Source: an uncultured cyanobacterium (GTDB lineage: Bacteria; Cyanobacteriota; Cyanobacteriia; Cyanobacteriales; Microcystaceae). From it: DNA of 32,660 bases. The translations under genes and the position numbers were made by a program. The notes beneath the pieces were generated by a model. The model did no database searches. It was not told where the DNA came from and was given only the letters and a program-made list of their open reading frames with translations. The stretch lies in assembly GCA_963807635.1 (NCBI GenBank), contig CAWEDJ010000063.1, positions 1 to 32,660 of the forward strand, read 5' to 3'. Positions within the stretch are counted from its first letter, which is position 1. The number at the start of each line of letters is the position of its first letter. Shown here piece after piece: positions 1-9,263 of this stretch.

Positions 1-2232
1 CATTCTATTACCCGTCTCCAAAATTTATCTCAACTTGATTTAGGTTCTAACCAACTGAGTGAGATACCCGATTCTATTACCCGTCTCCAAAATTTATCTC
101 AACTTGATTTAAGAAATAACCAACTGAGTGAGATACCCGATTCTATTACCCGTCTCCAAAATTTATCTCAACTTGATTTAAGAAATAACCAACTGAGTGA
201 GATACCCGATTCTATTACCCGTCTCCAAAATTTATCTCAACTTGATTTAGAGAATAATCCCCTGGTTAAACCGCCCATAGAAACTGCCAGTCGGGGCATT
301 GAAGCGATCCGTCAATACTTTCGCGATATTGCAGAAGAAGAAGATTTCCTTTATGAAGCCAAGTTAATTATTGTCGGGGAAGGCGGCGCAGGCAAAACCA
401 CCCTAGCGCGAAAAATTCTTGATCCCGATGCTCCCATGCCCAAGCCAGATGAAACCACCAAAGGTATTGACGTTTTAGAATGGCATTTCCCAATGGAAAA
501 CGGTCAGGACTTTCGCGTGAATATTTGGGACTTTGGCGGCCAAGAAATTTATCACAATACCCATCGTTATTTTCTGACTAAACGCTCTCTTTATTTACTC
601 GTTGCCGATAGCCGTAAAGAACCTTTTCATCTCGATTATTGGTTAAATATTATTGAATTACTCAGTGAAAAGAGTCCTATTTTAATCGTCAAAAATGAAC
701 TAGAAAATCGTACCGTTGCCATTAATGAAGCTCCCCTGCGAGAACGATTTGAGAATCTCAAAAACGAAAATTTAGCAACTAATCTGGGCAATCCCCAGGG
801 CGGCTCAGGTTTAGAAACGATCAAAAAAGCGATTAAATATCATATTTCCGAACTGCCCCACATTGGCACAAGCCTAGCGAAAACCTGGATCAAAGTTAGA
901 AACGCCCTAGAACAAAGCGATCAAAATTATATTTCCTTAGATGACTATTTCCGAATTTGTGAGCAAAATGGTTATCAATACAGAGCCGATAGTGAAAAAG
1001 ATAATCGCCTCATTCTCAGTCAATATTTCCACGATCTAGGCGTTATTCTCCACTTTCAAGACAATCAACTCTCACCCCTTTATAAAACCGTTATTCTCAA
1101 ACCTAAATGGGGAACCGATGCGTGCCTATAAAGTGCTAGATAACCTTCAAGTCAAACAAAACCTCGGTAAATTTACCACTGCCGATCTCAATCACATTTG
1201 GCAAGAGGCAGAATATCAAAATATGCAGACTGAATTAATAGACTTAATGAAAGAATTTAAGCTTTGTTATCAGTTGCCTACTAATGATAACAAGACCTAT
1301 ATTGCCCCCCAATTACTCGAAAATACACAGGCCAAATATCCTTGGGATACCGCTAATAATTTATTGCTACGCTATAAATATGACTTCATGCCCAGGGGGA
1401 TTTTAAGCCGCTTTATTGTGGAAATGCACCAAAATATTGATGAGCCGAATGTTTGGAAAAGTGGCGTTCTTTTAAAAAGAGATAATACTTGGGCTGAAGT
1501 GATTGAAACCTATGATGGTCGTGAAATCAACATTCGTCTTTCGGGAAGCAATAAACGAGGATTTTTAGAAGTCATTACCGATCAATTAGATAAAATTCAT
1601 GCCAGCTTTAATCAACTCAAAGTTAAAAAATTAATTCCCTGTAATTGTGATGTTTGTAAAGATAGTCAAACTCCGCATTTTTACGATCTAAATAAACTCC
1701 GAGAACGGCTTGCAAATCGTAAAGATGATATTGAATGCGATAAACCGCCCTATAATGAAGTTAATGTTTTAAGTTTAATTGATGATATTGGCAACAGAGA
1801 CAAACTGATTTATGCTCCTAAAGAACATGATTTTAAAGTAAACCATACAACGATTAATAATTATGGTACTATTCAAGATTTAGATTTAAAACAAGGTAAT
1901 AACACTATGATTGAAAAATCTCCCGATCCCAAACCCGTAAAAGTTAAAAGTGCTTGGGCAATGGTTCTTTTTATCTTTTTGTTTTTGTCGTTGTCGTTGC
2001 AGGTATTGGCTTTTTAGGCAAGCAATTAGATTTTATCGTTCTCTGCGTTGTCATTATTGCAGGGGTTTTATTTGTTCCCCTAATCGGCGCATTGCAACTC
2101 AAACAAGACGATCGCCTAAAAGATGAAAGCTTTTTAGCTCTAATGAAAATGGTCATTAGCAGTTTACCGCTTATTGGGAATCCCTTCAGTAAACTTTTAA
2201 ATCCTGCTGATAAATCCAAAGATCAAGAATAA
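1..2232 (+). CDS. Roco protein (LRR - Roc GTPase - COR - C-terminal 2-TM module); 5'-partial, split by two probable sequencing frameshifts (~1123, ~1959)
   Basis: Frame +1 is open from base 1. It carries LRRs, the P-loop GEGGAGKT (376-399), TKGID and WDFGGQE Roc motifs, then COR (LGVILHF, FMPRGILSRFIV, VWKSGV). Removing T1123 gives W-G-T-D-A-A-Y-K. Adding C at ~1959 gives S-A-W-A-N-G-S-F-Y-L, joining the three ORF-track pieces. Confidence 0.88.
4..258 (+). repeat. Coding tandem repeat, 69-bp (23-aa) LRR units starting at 4, 73, 142, 211
   Basis: The unit encodes SITRLQNLSQLDLxxNQLSEIPD. Copies 2 and 3 are identical, and copies differ at the xx codons (GS, RN, RN, EN). Copy 4 runs into the LRR cap. 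Confidence 0.95.
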
Positions 2233-2356
2233 AAATTAATAATATAGATGTCGCACCCTAGCGAAAAATTGTCGCGATCGCCATCTTATCAAAATTTAAA
2301 AATGCGATCGCCATATTTTGTGATTATTCCTTTTGAGCAATTCAAAAAATCAAAAT

Positions 2357-2926
2357 CTATCCTTGTAAAACTTGACTCGCTGTTAAGGTTAATTCAGGAA
2401 AAATAGAGGACGCGATCGCCTGATCTCCTTCATAGATCCGTTCATCATAAAAACCTTCCACCCATTCCAAAACGGTGACTTTTGGGGCGATGGGATCGAC
2501 AATCCAATACTCTGCAATTCCCCGTGCCGCATACTCTGACCGTTTGTAGCGGTAATCTCGGCTCGCTTGATTGGGACTTACCACTTCAACCACTAACAAA
2601 GGCGGCGGCATATCCATTAAAATCAGCGATCGGCTCGCTCCTTCCATGACCCTTGCCAACTCTTCAGAATACATCACTAAATCAGGAACCCTTACCCCGA
2701 CCTGCCCGCTATTCACTGCCACTTCCGCCTTCATCCGAAATCGATAGGAAGGAACACCCAGTTGTGAAAAATAGATCAATAAAAATATCGCGATCCGTTG
2801 ATTGATATCACTTTCAGAAGACACAGCAATTAATTCTCCATTTTCTAGCTCATAGAGAGCATCTGTCCCATCTTCATAGTCTAGGAACTCCTCAAATGTC
2901 ATCTTTTTGGCAGTTGCAACCGTCAT
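2357..2926 (-). CDS. Uma2 / DUF820 family PD-(D/E)xK endonuclease-like protein
   Basis: Motifs MTFEEFL, YELENGEL, RVPDL, LVVEVVSP, DYRYKRSEYAARGIAEYWIVDP. Confidence 0.92.
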   Translation of the reverse strand: MTVATAKKMTFEEFLDYEDGTDALYELENGELIAVSSESDINQRIAIFLLIYFSQLGVPSYRFRMKAEVAVNSGQVGVRVPDLVMYSEELARVMEGASRSLILMDMPPPLLVVEVVSPNQASRDYRYKRSEYAARGIAEYWIVDPIAPKVTVLEWVEGFYDERIYEGDQAIASSIFPELTLTASQVLQG

Positions 2927-3119
2927 GGCATTTTTATATTGATTAGATAATCTTTTATAATAACCTACCTCGCTATCCTAACCTTTAAAGCAAAGAATCC
3001 CGTCAAAACAATCAGGGTGATGGAAGTGAAATGTGGTCGGAGGAGAGGCTAGGGTTATAATAAACAAACAATCTCAACAACTATTAACAGTTAACAGTAG
3101 AGTTAATCAGGAGAAATAA

Positions 3120-3596
3120 ATGAATTCGCGTGGTTCAGCAGACGCAAAAGACCGAATCTTTGGAGCATTAGTGTATGTGATTCCCTTACTAGATGCTTTG
3201 CCCTTTGGTTCATTTCTTCTTAAACAGTTTCCCCAAATCGCTCTCATCTATCTCCCCTTACAGCCCTTAATTCAAGTTTATTATGGCATTCCCTTTGCTT
3301 CTTTTATTCTCTTTCTAGTGCTATTTTTTGCAGTGGTTAGAAATGACAATATTAGTTATTTCATTCGTTTTAATGCCATGCAATGTATTTTAATTGGAAT
3401 TTTATTATCTCTATTTGGATTAATCATTCAAACCTTACTTCCTGGATTAGGGGTTAATTTACTGACGGAAACTTTAGTTAATTTTGCCTTTTTAGGAGCT
3501 TTAGCTGCTTGTTTTTATTCCATTATTCAAACCGTCTTGGGTCGTTACGCAGAAATTCCAACTATTTCTGAAGCGGCTTCTTCCCAAATTCGTTAA
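3120..3596 (+). CDS. Tic20 / Ycf60 family membrane protein
   Basis: DRIFGALVY, FIRFNAMQ, GRYAEIPTISEAA; four hydrophobic segments; AGGAG SD upstream. Confidence 0.88.
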   Translation: MNSRGSADAKDRIFGALVYVIPLLDALPFGSFLLKQFPQIALIYLPLQPLIQVYYGIPFASFILFLVLFFAVVRNDNISYFIRFNAMQCILIGILLSLFGLIIQTLLPGLGVNLLTETLVNFAFLGALAACFYSIIQTVLGRYAEIPTISEAASSQIR

Positions 3597-3612
3597 TACA
3601 AATTGATAGGAT

Positions 3613-4389
3613 TTAATGACTAGCAATAATCCTATTTTCCAGGGAACCAATGCCTTGAATTTCAATTCTAATCAGATCATTGATTTCCACAGGCCCGACT
3701 CCTTCTGGTGTACCCGTTAAAATAATATCCCCAGGTAAAAGGGTCATTACCTGGGAAATATAAGCAACTAATTGATCAGGTGAAAAAATCATTTCACTCA
3801 AACGAGCTGATTGCCGAGGCTTAGGATCATCATTTAAAAAAGTTTGTAACCGTGCATCCGTGCTTAATTCCCTAACAATCCAAGGGCCGAGGGGACAAAA
3901 TCCATCAAAGCCCTTAGCCCTCGTCCATTGGGGGTCTTTTTTTTGTAAATCCCTCGCGGTAATATCATTGGCTATGGTATAGCCCCAAATTTTACGATGA
4001 GCTTGTTCTAGGGTACAATTTTTCGCTTTCTCACCAATTACTAACACTAATTCTCCTTCATAATCGACCCTTTCCGATTGCACAGGATAGGAAACCGATT
4101 CTCCATCAGAAGCGATCGCGCTCGGAGGCTTGAGAAAAATCAGAGGTTCCGAGGGAAGCTCATTCCCCAATTCCGCCGCATGGGCTGAATAATTTCGTCC
4201 TACCGCAATAATTTTAGAAGGCGTACAGGGCGCAAGCAGTTTATAGGTTTCAGCGTTTAGAGTAATGCCAGTAAACTGTCCTCCCAACCAAGGCGGAGCG
4301 TCCAAAAGATCTACATTGTGATTGAGCTGTAGTAACCCATAATGAATCTCCCCTGAGGGCGTTTGAATGCGGACGTAGCGTTGCGCCAT
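3613..4389 (-). CDS. Fumarylacetoacetate hydrolase family protein
   Basis: PSKIIAVGRNY, FLKPPS, DYEGEL, GYTIANDITARD, WTRAKGFD, GDIILTGTP. Start moved to MAQRYVR (4389). Confidence 0.92.
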   Translation of the reverse strand: MAQRYVRIQTPSGEIHYGLLQLNHNVDLLDAPPWLGGQFTGITLNAETYKLLAPCTPSKIIAVGRNYSAHAAELGNELPSEPLIFLKPPSAIASDGESVSYPVQSERVDYEGELVLVIGEKAKNCTLEQAHRKIWGYTIANDITARDLQKKDPQWTRAKGFDGFCPLGPWIVRELSTDARLQTFLNDDPKPRQSARLSEMIFSPDQLVAYISQVMTLLPGDIILTGTPEGVGPVEINDLIRIEIQGIGSLENRIIASH

Positions 4390-4454
4390 AGAAATCAAAA
4401 TGAAGCTTAGATAAATATATTGAAGCATACTAGCGATTAACTCCAACACAGTAG

Positions 4455-4552
4455 TATGATATAAGATCCTTGCTTCTCTAAAATGCTGAAAGAATATTTT
4501 TTATAAATTCCGAACCAGTCATTGACAAAGAAGCCATTTTGTCCATAAGGAG
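4455..4552 (+). promoter_or_regulatory. rpsF -10 box and putative S6:S18-binding mRNA leader
   Basis: TATGAT at 4455-4460. TCCTTG (4467) can pair with TAAGGA overlapping the SD (4546-4552). GCTTCT (4472) pairs with AGAAGC (4529), whose last C begins a CCA triplet, matching the CCR-motif architecture. Confidence 0.6.
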
Positions 4553-4563
4553 ACAATTTTTCC

Positions 4564-4911
4564 ATGACCGATTACGAAATGATGTACATTTTGCGCCCTG
4601 ATATCTCAGAAGAAATGGTGCAACAAGAAGTTACCCGCTACCGAGAATTTCTAGAACAATATAATGCTCAGGATCTCACCATTAAAATTTGGGGTAAACG
4701 CGGCCTGGCTTATCCGATCGGTAAGTTTCAAGACGGAATTTATGTCCTTGTTAATTACAGCGCAGATGGCAAACAGGTCGCGCCTCTAGAACGGGCAATG
4801 CGTCTGAGTGAACAAGTTATCCGCTATATGACCCTCAAGTTACCCGCGAAAAAAGCGACTGCAAAAGATGAAGTTGCTTCCGTGAAAGAGTTGGCGACAG
4901 CAGAAGCCTAA
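4564..4911 (+). CDS. rpsF: 30S ribosomal protein S6
   Basis: [38 protein letters not shown]. Confidence 0.97.
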   Translation: MTDYEMMYILRPDISEEMVQQEVTRYREFLEQYNAQDLTIKIWGKRGLAYPIGKFQDGIYVLVNYSADGKQVAPLERAMRLSEQVIRYMTLKLPAKKATAKDEVASVKELATAEA

Positions 4912-4954
4912 GTCTATTTTTGAGTCAGCACCCGATAATCCCTTGGGAGATTTT

Positions 4955-4989
4955 CTAAATTCCTCATGATTGATAGGAATTTAGTTTTT
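4955..4989 (+). terminator. Intrinsic terminator after rpsF
   Basis: Perfect 10-bp stem CTAAATTCCT/AGGAATTTAG followed by TTTTT. Confidence 0.6.
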
Positions 4990-5302
4990 CTAGCCAGGGG
5001 TTTAATTTTGTCATTGAATCTTAAATTGGATGAGGATTGGACTTTTTAAATCGCTCAAGTTGGTCTGAATTTATTGAAAACCTTAAAAAAAAATTAACAA
5101 CGCCCCTATTCGTCTAATAAGAATATATGCTAATGTTGGTTTAGGAACAATTTCCCGAATCCGCCGTTTGTCCAGTCAAAGCTGCGAAATCGAGTCGAAA
5201 AAAAAGTAGTTAATACTTATTAAAAACTCAGTAATTATACAGTTTTTTCTCTAAACAAACCGCTAGCCAAAACCTACGGTAATACCAGGAGCCGTCTGTT
5301 TA

Positions 5303-5437
5303 ATGGAATATTTGGAAAAATTAATCGAAAAACTCAGAGAATTAGCCCAAAAACTAATCGATACTCTGCTCGGCCCTGAAGCTGAAACTGAACCTGAGTT
5401 GATTCCCATTCCAGTTAATGAGCGTAATCGCCGTTAA
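5303..5437 (+). CDS. atpT: 44-aa conserved cyanobacterial small protein, probably ATP synthase inhibitor AtpTheta (Norf1); not in ORF track
   Basis: [44 protein letters not shown]: amphipathic N-terminal helix, acidic/Pro middle, LIPIPV motif, AGGAG upstream. The ORF itself is well supported; the name is from recall. Confidence 0.6.
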   Translation: MEYLEKLIEKLRELAQKLIDTLLGPEAETEPELIPIPVNERNRR

Positions 5438-5460
5438 GGTCTTTATTATTGGATATTAAT

Positions 5461-5922
5461 GTGGCTTCCCAAGCTTTGCCTGTGCTTAGCCTGCTGGTAT
5501 TGCATGGCCCAAATTTAAACTTATTAGGAAAACGCGAACCCCATATCTATGGCTCGGTGACGCTTGAGGAAATTAATCAGTTCCTCCTGAAAGAAGCGGA
5601 AAGATTGGGGGCAACGGTTGTTTGTTTGCAATCTAACCAGGAAGGTGTTCTGGTGGATCAAATTCAGGAAGCTCTGGGGAAATATCAGGGAATTATTATC
5701 AATGCGGGAGCCTATACCCATACTAGTGTGGCGATTCGGGATGCGATCGCGGCGGTAAAGATTCCCACAGTGGAAGTGCATCTTAGCAATATTTATCAAC
5801 GAGAAAGTTTTCGTCATCATTCCTATATTGCTCCGATCGTGATCGGTCAGATTAGCGGCTTTGGCCCGAATAGTTATCGATTAGGATTACAGGCATTAAT
5901 TGATTATTTGAGACAAAATTAA
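5461..5922 (+). CDS. aroQ: Type II 3-dehydroquinate dehydratase
   Basis: [45 protein letters not shown]. Start is uncertain (GTG 5461 chosen). Confidence 0.96.
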   Translation: MASQALPVLSLLVLHGPNLNLLGKREPHIYGSVTLEEINQFLLKEAERLGATVVCLQSNQEGVLVDQIQEALGKYQGIIINAGAYTHTSVAIRDAIAAVKIPTVEVHLSNIYQRESFRHHSYIAPIVIGQISGFGPNSYRLGLQALIDYLRQN

Positions 5923-7250
5923 TAATTTTCGTATTTTTGTAGATTCAAGAACTGGGTAAATTCTGGTTTAAAGAGTAGTTTAATTACTCCTGTTGGCCCG
6001 TTACGATGTTTGGTAATTAATAATTCTGCAATTCCGCGATCGGGGCTATCGGGATTATAATATTCGTCTCGGTAGATCATCATAATTAAATCCGCATCCT
6101 GCTCGATTGAACCACTTTCTCGTAAATCTGACATCATGGGTCGTTTATTGGTTCGTGATTCAACGCCTCGACTTAATTGAGATAAAGCAATCACAGGAGC
6201 GTTAATTTCCCTTGCTAAACCCTTTAAAGAACGGGTCATTTTTGATAATTCTTGTACCCGATTATCGGTCGCACCTTCCATTAATTGTAGGTAATCAATT
6301 AACACTAAACCAATTTGTCCTTTTTGTTCACTTTGTAATCTTCTGACCTGCGATCGCATTTGCATCACCGAAATATTAGAGGCATCATCAATAAAAATGG
6401 GTAAACTCGATAAACTACCGAGAGCCATACTGAGAGGTTCTAATTCATTTTGACTAAAATGACCTGTGCGTAAACGATTACTATCAATTTCGGCTTCACT
6501 AGCTAAAAATCGTAATGCCAATTGTTCCTTGGACATTTCCAAACTAAAAATAGCAACGGGTAAATTATGTTTTCTAGCAATATTTGAGGCAATATTTAAA
6601 CCGAAAGCTGTTTTTCCCATCGATGGACGACCAGCTAGGATTATCAAGTCAGAACGCTGTAATCCTCCTGTTATCGCATCTAGATCATAAAAGTCTGTTT
6701 CCAGTCCAGGACTAGAGGTTTTTTGATGGAGTTTTTCTAGTTCCGTAAAGGTATGAACGAGGGTTTCGGAGATAGAAACCAATCCTTCCTGGGCGCGTTT
6801 TTGAGTCAGTCGAAATATTTTCTTTTCGCATTCATCAAAGACGACATCTAATTCTTGGGTTGTGTCATAGCCCAATTCAATAATTTCATGACCTGCACTA
6901 ATCAACTGACGACGGAGATATTTATCCATCACCAGGGCGGCATAGCGGTCAATATTCACGGCGGAAACCGTTCTGTCCACTAACTGAGCAAGTTTCCCCA
7001 TTCCTCCGACTTTTTCTAGGAGATGATGGTCTTGTAAGGAACTGGTGATGGTCATTAAATCCGTTGGTTTTCCCTGGGCGTGGAGCTTTAATACCGTTTC
7101 ATAAATATCTCGGTGGGCTTTGACATAAAAGGCATCGGCAACCATAAAATCTACGACCCTTCCGATTGCTTCTGGATCGAGCAAGATTCCCCCTAGAATT
7201 GATTCTTCGGCTTCAATATTTTGGGGAGGAAGAGAATTAGAATTTACCAT
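5919..7250 (-). CDS. dnaB: Replicative DNA helicase (intein-free)
   Basis: [56 protein letters not shown]. Confidence 0.98.
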   Translation of the reverse strand: MVNSNSLPPQNIEAEESILGGILLDPEAIGRVVDFMVADAFYVKAHRDIYETVLKLHAQGKPTDLMTITSSLQDHHLLEKVGGMGKLAQLVDRTVSAVNIDRYAALVMDKYLRRQLISAGHEIIELGYDTTQELDVVFDECEKKIFRLTQKRAQEGLVSISETLVHTFTELEKLHQKTSSPGLETDFYDLDAITGGLQRSDLIILAGRPSMGKTAFGLNIASNIARKHNLPVAIFSLEMSKEQLALRFLASEAEIDSNRLRTGHFSQNELEPLSMALGSLSSLPIFIDDASNISVMQMRSQVRRLQSEQKGQIGLVLIDYLQLMEGATDNRVQELSKMTRSLKGLAREINAPVIALSQLSRGVESRTNKRPMMSDLRESGSIEQDADLIMMIYRDEYYNPDSPDRGIAELLITKHRNGPTGVIKLLFKPEFTQFLNLQKYENY

Positions 7251-7346
7251 GTATCGTTAAGTTATTATTTTGTAAAGATATCATATCATTATGTTCTTAG
7301 AGGCGATCGCTGTAAAAAGCATCTAAGGTAGTTAGGTTGATCATAT

Positions 7347-7940
7347 TTAGTTAAGTAATGGCAATAACCGTTGGAATTCTTGACAAGCAATGTTCAGGGA
7401 ATCAGGGGCATCTTCAAGTTTTTCCTGTAGTTGACAGCGTTCTGCTAAAACTTCTGCATAAGGTTTACAGTCTGACTCTTTTGAAAGTTTATTATAGGTT
7501 TTCTTGTCTTCTTCATCCACTTTTTCTCCTTTTAAATAATCTATCCAGGTTTCGATATTGCGTTTGGGAATGAAAATGGCGATCGCTTCTTCTTTTTGGC
7601 GATGGAGTAGATTATTTTCCTGTAATATTGAACTTAGTTGATTAAGTCTTTGTTTTACAGAAATATTATCAGCATCAGTCATTACGATTAAAACAATAAT
7701 TGTAGTACGCCGAGCATTTTTTCTCTGATTACTTATTTTAATGTTGACAGCCTGGCGATACTTTCTGACTTCATTAAGATACGTCTCACGCACAAACTGT
7801 TCACCAGACTGGCCGATAGGAATTGGATAACTGTAAATATCTTGCCTTTTAAAACCATATTTTTCTAGAAAATAACGAGCAAAAACTTCCTGCTGTTTAT
7901 CTTCACAAAGAAGGGTAACTTTTATTCTCTTTTTACTCAT
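7347..7940 (-). CDS. TOPRIM-like (DUF4276/RloB-like) partner of adjacent ABC ATPase
   Basis: N-terminal LLCED, central VMTDAD, and RNIETW. Overlaps the ATPase stop by 8 bp. Confidence 0.6.
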   Translation of the reverse strand: MSKKRIKVTLLCEDKQQEVFARYFLEKYGFKRQDIYSYPIPIGQSGEQFVRETYLNEVRKYRQAVNIKISNQRKNARRTTIIVLIVMTDADNISVKQRLNQLSSILQENNLLHRQKEEAIAIFIPKRNIETWIDYLKGEKVDEEDKKTYNKLSKESDCKPYAEVLAERCQLQEKLEDAPDSLNIACQEFQRLLPLLN

Positions 7941-9120
7941 CTAGCCACCCTCTTGCAATTAATTCTGACATTTTTAATCCCGATTTATTATCCTTTTGAA
8001 TATTATTAATAACAGGCTGAAGAAAGTTGTTATCAATAGGGGTAACTTGGACAGAACTATTAGATTCCCGCTTAAACCAATATCCAACAGGAGAGGCTAA
8101 CAAATAATCAATTAATTCAGGATGATGAGAAATTAATAAAGCCTGAAGTTTACCTTCACTACATAAATCATAAAGTTGAAAAAGCCAGGGTTGAATTTCA
8201 GGGAGAGCTAAAAAGTTTTCTGGTTCATCAATGCAGAGAGTATAGTCTTGGGATTCTAGACCATAAAAAAGAGAATATAAAACGACTAATACTTTTTGTC
8301 CATCAGAAAGTTCTTCAAAAGAATATTCAATATTTTGCTCTGACTCTTCCGTTTTAAAGATTAACTTAAGGATTACAGCTTTTTCACTAATTGATTCAAG
8401 CTTAAAGCTGACAAATCCATCTAAAATATCTTGGAGTGATTCAGTCAATTGATTCAGTTTATCCTGGTTGTCAGCAAAAATATAACGATACCAAGAAACA
8501 AAATTTTCCATTGTTTTATCTAAAAATGTATTCTTTTGAGAACTATGACGTAAAATAGCATTCGGGGTTATTTTCAAAATTGCGACACGCTTTATTCTTT
8601 CTCTAAACCAGATAATTTTTTTGTTATCATAATCGGGTTTTAATAATGGAAGGATAGACTGTGAATAATGGTATCTTGATGAATGATTTTTAGTACCACT
8701 GTCTGAGTAAGTTTCTACGCTTTTTTGGGAAACACTAAGTAAAAGTTCTTTGTTAAACCATAAATGTTCACTTTCAATAATATAATCTATTAAGGGGTCA
8801 TTAATCATTGTGTCGAAATCTATCTCAACTACTTTGATTTTTTGTATGTCTAGTTTGTATTTATAGATGCCATTATTACCCATAATTTCCAACTCAAATT
8901 TTTGATATTCTTTGTCTTGCCAACGAGTACAATCTGATAATCTAAAAAGCAAATCTAGATTAGCATTCTCGTCAGTAATAAACTCTTGAAGCTTACCTAA
9001 AACATCAAAAACGGTTGATTTTCCTGCGCCATTATCCCCTAGAAATAAATTAATAGAATCAAAATTTAATTCAAAATCTACTAAACAACGAAAATTATCA
9101 ACATAAAGACGTTTAAGCAT
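7933..9120 (-). CDS. AAA_21-type soluble ABC ATPase
   Basis: NFRCL, Walker A GDNGAGKST, signature LSDGQ, Walker B CIDEPEN, H-loop ISHHP; no transmembrane partner. Confidence 0.88.
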   Translation of the reverse strand: MLKRLYVDNFRCLVDFELNFDSINLFLGDNGAGKSTVFDVLGKLQEFITDENANLDLLFRLSDCTRWQDKEYQKFELEIMGNNGIYKYKLDIQKIKVVEIDFDTMINDPLIDYIIESEHLWFNKELLLSVSQKSVETYSDSGTKNHSSRYHYSQSILPLLKPDYDNKKIIWFRERIKRVAILKITPNAILRHSSQKNTFLDKTMENFVSWYRYIFADNQDKLNQLTESLQDILDGFVSFKLESISEKAVILKLIFKTEESEQNIEYSFEELSDGQKVLVVLYSLFYGLESQDYTLCIDEPENFLALPEIQPWLFQLYDLCSEGKLQALLISHHPELIDYLLASPVGYWFKRESNSSVQVTPIDNNFLQPVINNIQKDNKSGLKMSELIARGWLDE

Positions 9121-9263
9121 GGTTTTTGTGAGGAAAAATAATAAAATTGCTGGTTAAAATAGAGAATCTAACACGAGTTTAGCTTTATATCATCTTAAGC
9201 TTATGGCAATCCTAACACCGAAAATGCCACAATGAAAGTTGTAGAGATAACCTTACGTTTACC

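Noticed and set aside
4..258. CRISPR array or DGR target
   Set aside because: The repeats are contiguous, in-frame LRR codons without spacers. No cas or reverse transcriptase gene is in the window, and the changes are not clearly adenine-specific.
5140..5300. Riboswitch in the leader of the small ORF
   Set aside because: No match by eye to glutamine, c-di-GMP, TPP or cobalamin consensus motifs.
9202..9215. TATGGCAATCCTAA resembling the 22297 MITE end
   Set aside because: A single 14-bp near-match with no partner repeat; it may be chance or a relic.
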